Below are positions 36,404 through 36,912 of a stretch of DNA of 36,912 bases, piece after piece. The notes beneath the pieces are model-generated. The model made no database searches and was not told where the DNA came from. It saw only the letters and a program-made list of their open reading frames with translations. Made by a program: the position numbers and the translations under genes. The DNA is from Sulfurimonadaceae bacterium (lineage in GTDB: Bacteria; Campylobacterota; Campylobacteria; Campylobacterales; Sulfurimonadaceae), in NCBI GenBank assembly GCA_041562555.1, contig JBFEXS010000006.1, forward strand, positions 1-36,912, read 5' to 3'. Each line of letters starts with the position of its first letter. Positions within the stretch are counted from its first letter, which is position 1.

Positions 36404-36912
36404 ATGTCAAAATGGTTGGAATACGCGGCACAATTTGAAGAGGGTACCCACAATCCTTATTTTGAAGTACGCTCTGCCTATCAGGCACAAAAGACGATCA
36501 GCAAGACCTTGAGCGATAACAAGGGACAGATGATCTTCTTGCTCGGTCAGCCCGGAAGCGGAAAAAGCTTTTTACTGAACCATCTTGTGAAAGAGGGGGG
36601 ATTTGAACATTCACCGCTGCTTTTTGAAACACCGGTCTCCAGTGCCAGATCTTTATTAAACCGCCTGATCAAACATATGAATGAAGAGCCTCAAGGTGAA
36701 GAGATCGAAGTATTGAAAGAACAGGCAGAAGCACTTTACAGGGATAAGAAGACCCTAATCATGCTGGATGAGGCCCAATTGATCAATGATGAGACACTGG
36801 AGTTAGTCCGTATATTGAGTGATTCCCGTCTGTTTTGGTTTATCGCCGCCATGCATGAGGAAGAGGGACGGGAAATTCTGGCCAAATCACATTTTAAATC
36901 CAGGCCGCATAA
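36404..36912 (+). CDS. AAA ATPase, MshM/ExeA/CtsP-like; 3'-truncated by the window edge
   Basis: Not in the ORF track. ATG directly after the secretin stop; MSKWLEYAAQF..., LLGQPGSGKS Walker A, IMLDEAQL Walker B; open to the window end. Confidence 0.88.
   Translation, partial: MSKWLEYAAQFEEGTHNPYFEVRSAYQAQKTISKTLSDNKGQMIFLLGQPGSGKSFLLNHLVKEGGFEHSPLLFETPVSSARSLLNRLIKHMNEEPQGEEIEVLKEQAEALYRDKKTLIMLDEAQLINDETLELVRILSDSRLFWFIAAMHEEEGREILAKSHFKSRPH

Overview
Core-chromosome segment of a Campylobacterota (Epsilonproteobacteria) bacterium, probably a free-living Sulfurimonas/Sulfuricurvum-like lineage (inferred from hobA, a Helicobacter-type HU arm, and the ilvC-minDE-dprA and rppH-lysC-hobA-holB-folP gene orders). 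Left to right: 3' part of mnmE, ruvX, an acidic hypothetical gene, ilvC, minD-minE, a divergent polysaccharide deacetylase, dprA, an EAL-HDOD protein, queA-tatC-tatB, hemW, rppH-lysC-hobA-holB-folP, a likely sigma28-dependent gene, a PiT phosphate transporter, a cyclophilin, a degenerate NERD/SF1-helicase, HU, an XRE regulator plus small partner, a cyclase / HTH-coiled-coil / FapA operon, pyk, and an ~11 kb MSHA/Cts-like type IV pilus locus cut off at the right edge. I saw no tRNA, rRNA, CRISPR array, integrase or transposase. Best leads: (1) a stand-alone class III nucleotide cyclase with intact catalytic residues but non-canonical base-specificity residues, tightly linked to a DNA-binding coiled-coil gene and fapA; (2) an unannotated 29-aa membrane peptide gene; (3) hemW starting at a non-canonical ATT codon; (4) a consensus sigma54 promoter before minDE; (5) a probably leaderless XRE gene with two in-phase operator-like palindromes next to hup; (6) an 18-bp duplicated gene junction that creates a 20-codon relay ORF in the pilus operon. 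All family assignments come from reading motifs by eye; no database search was run.
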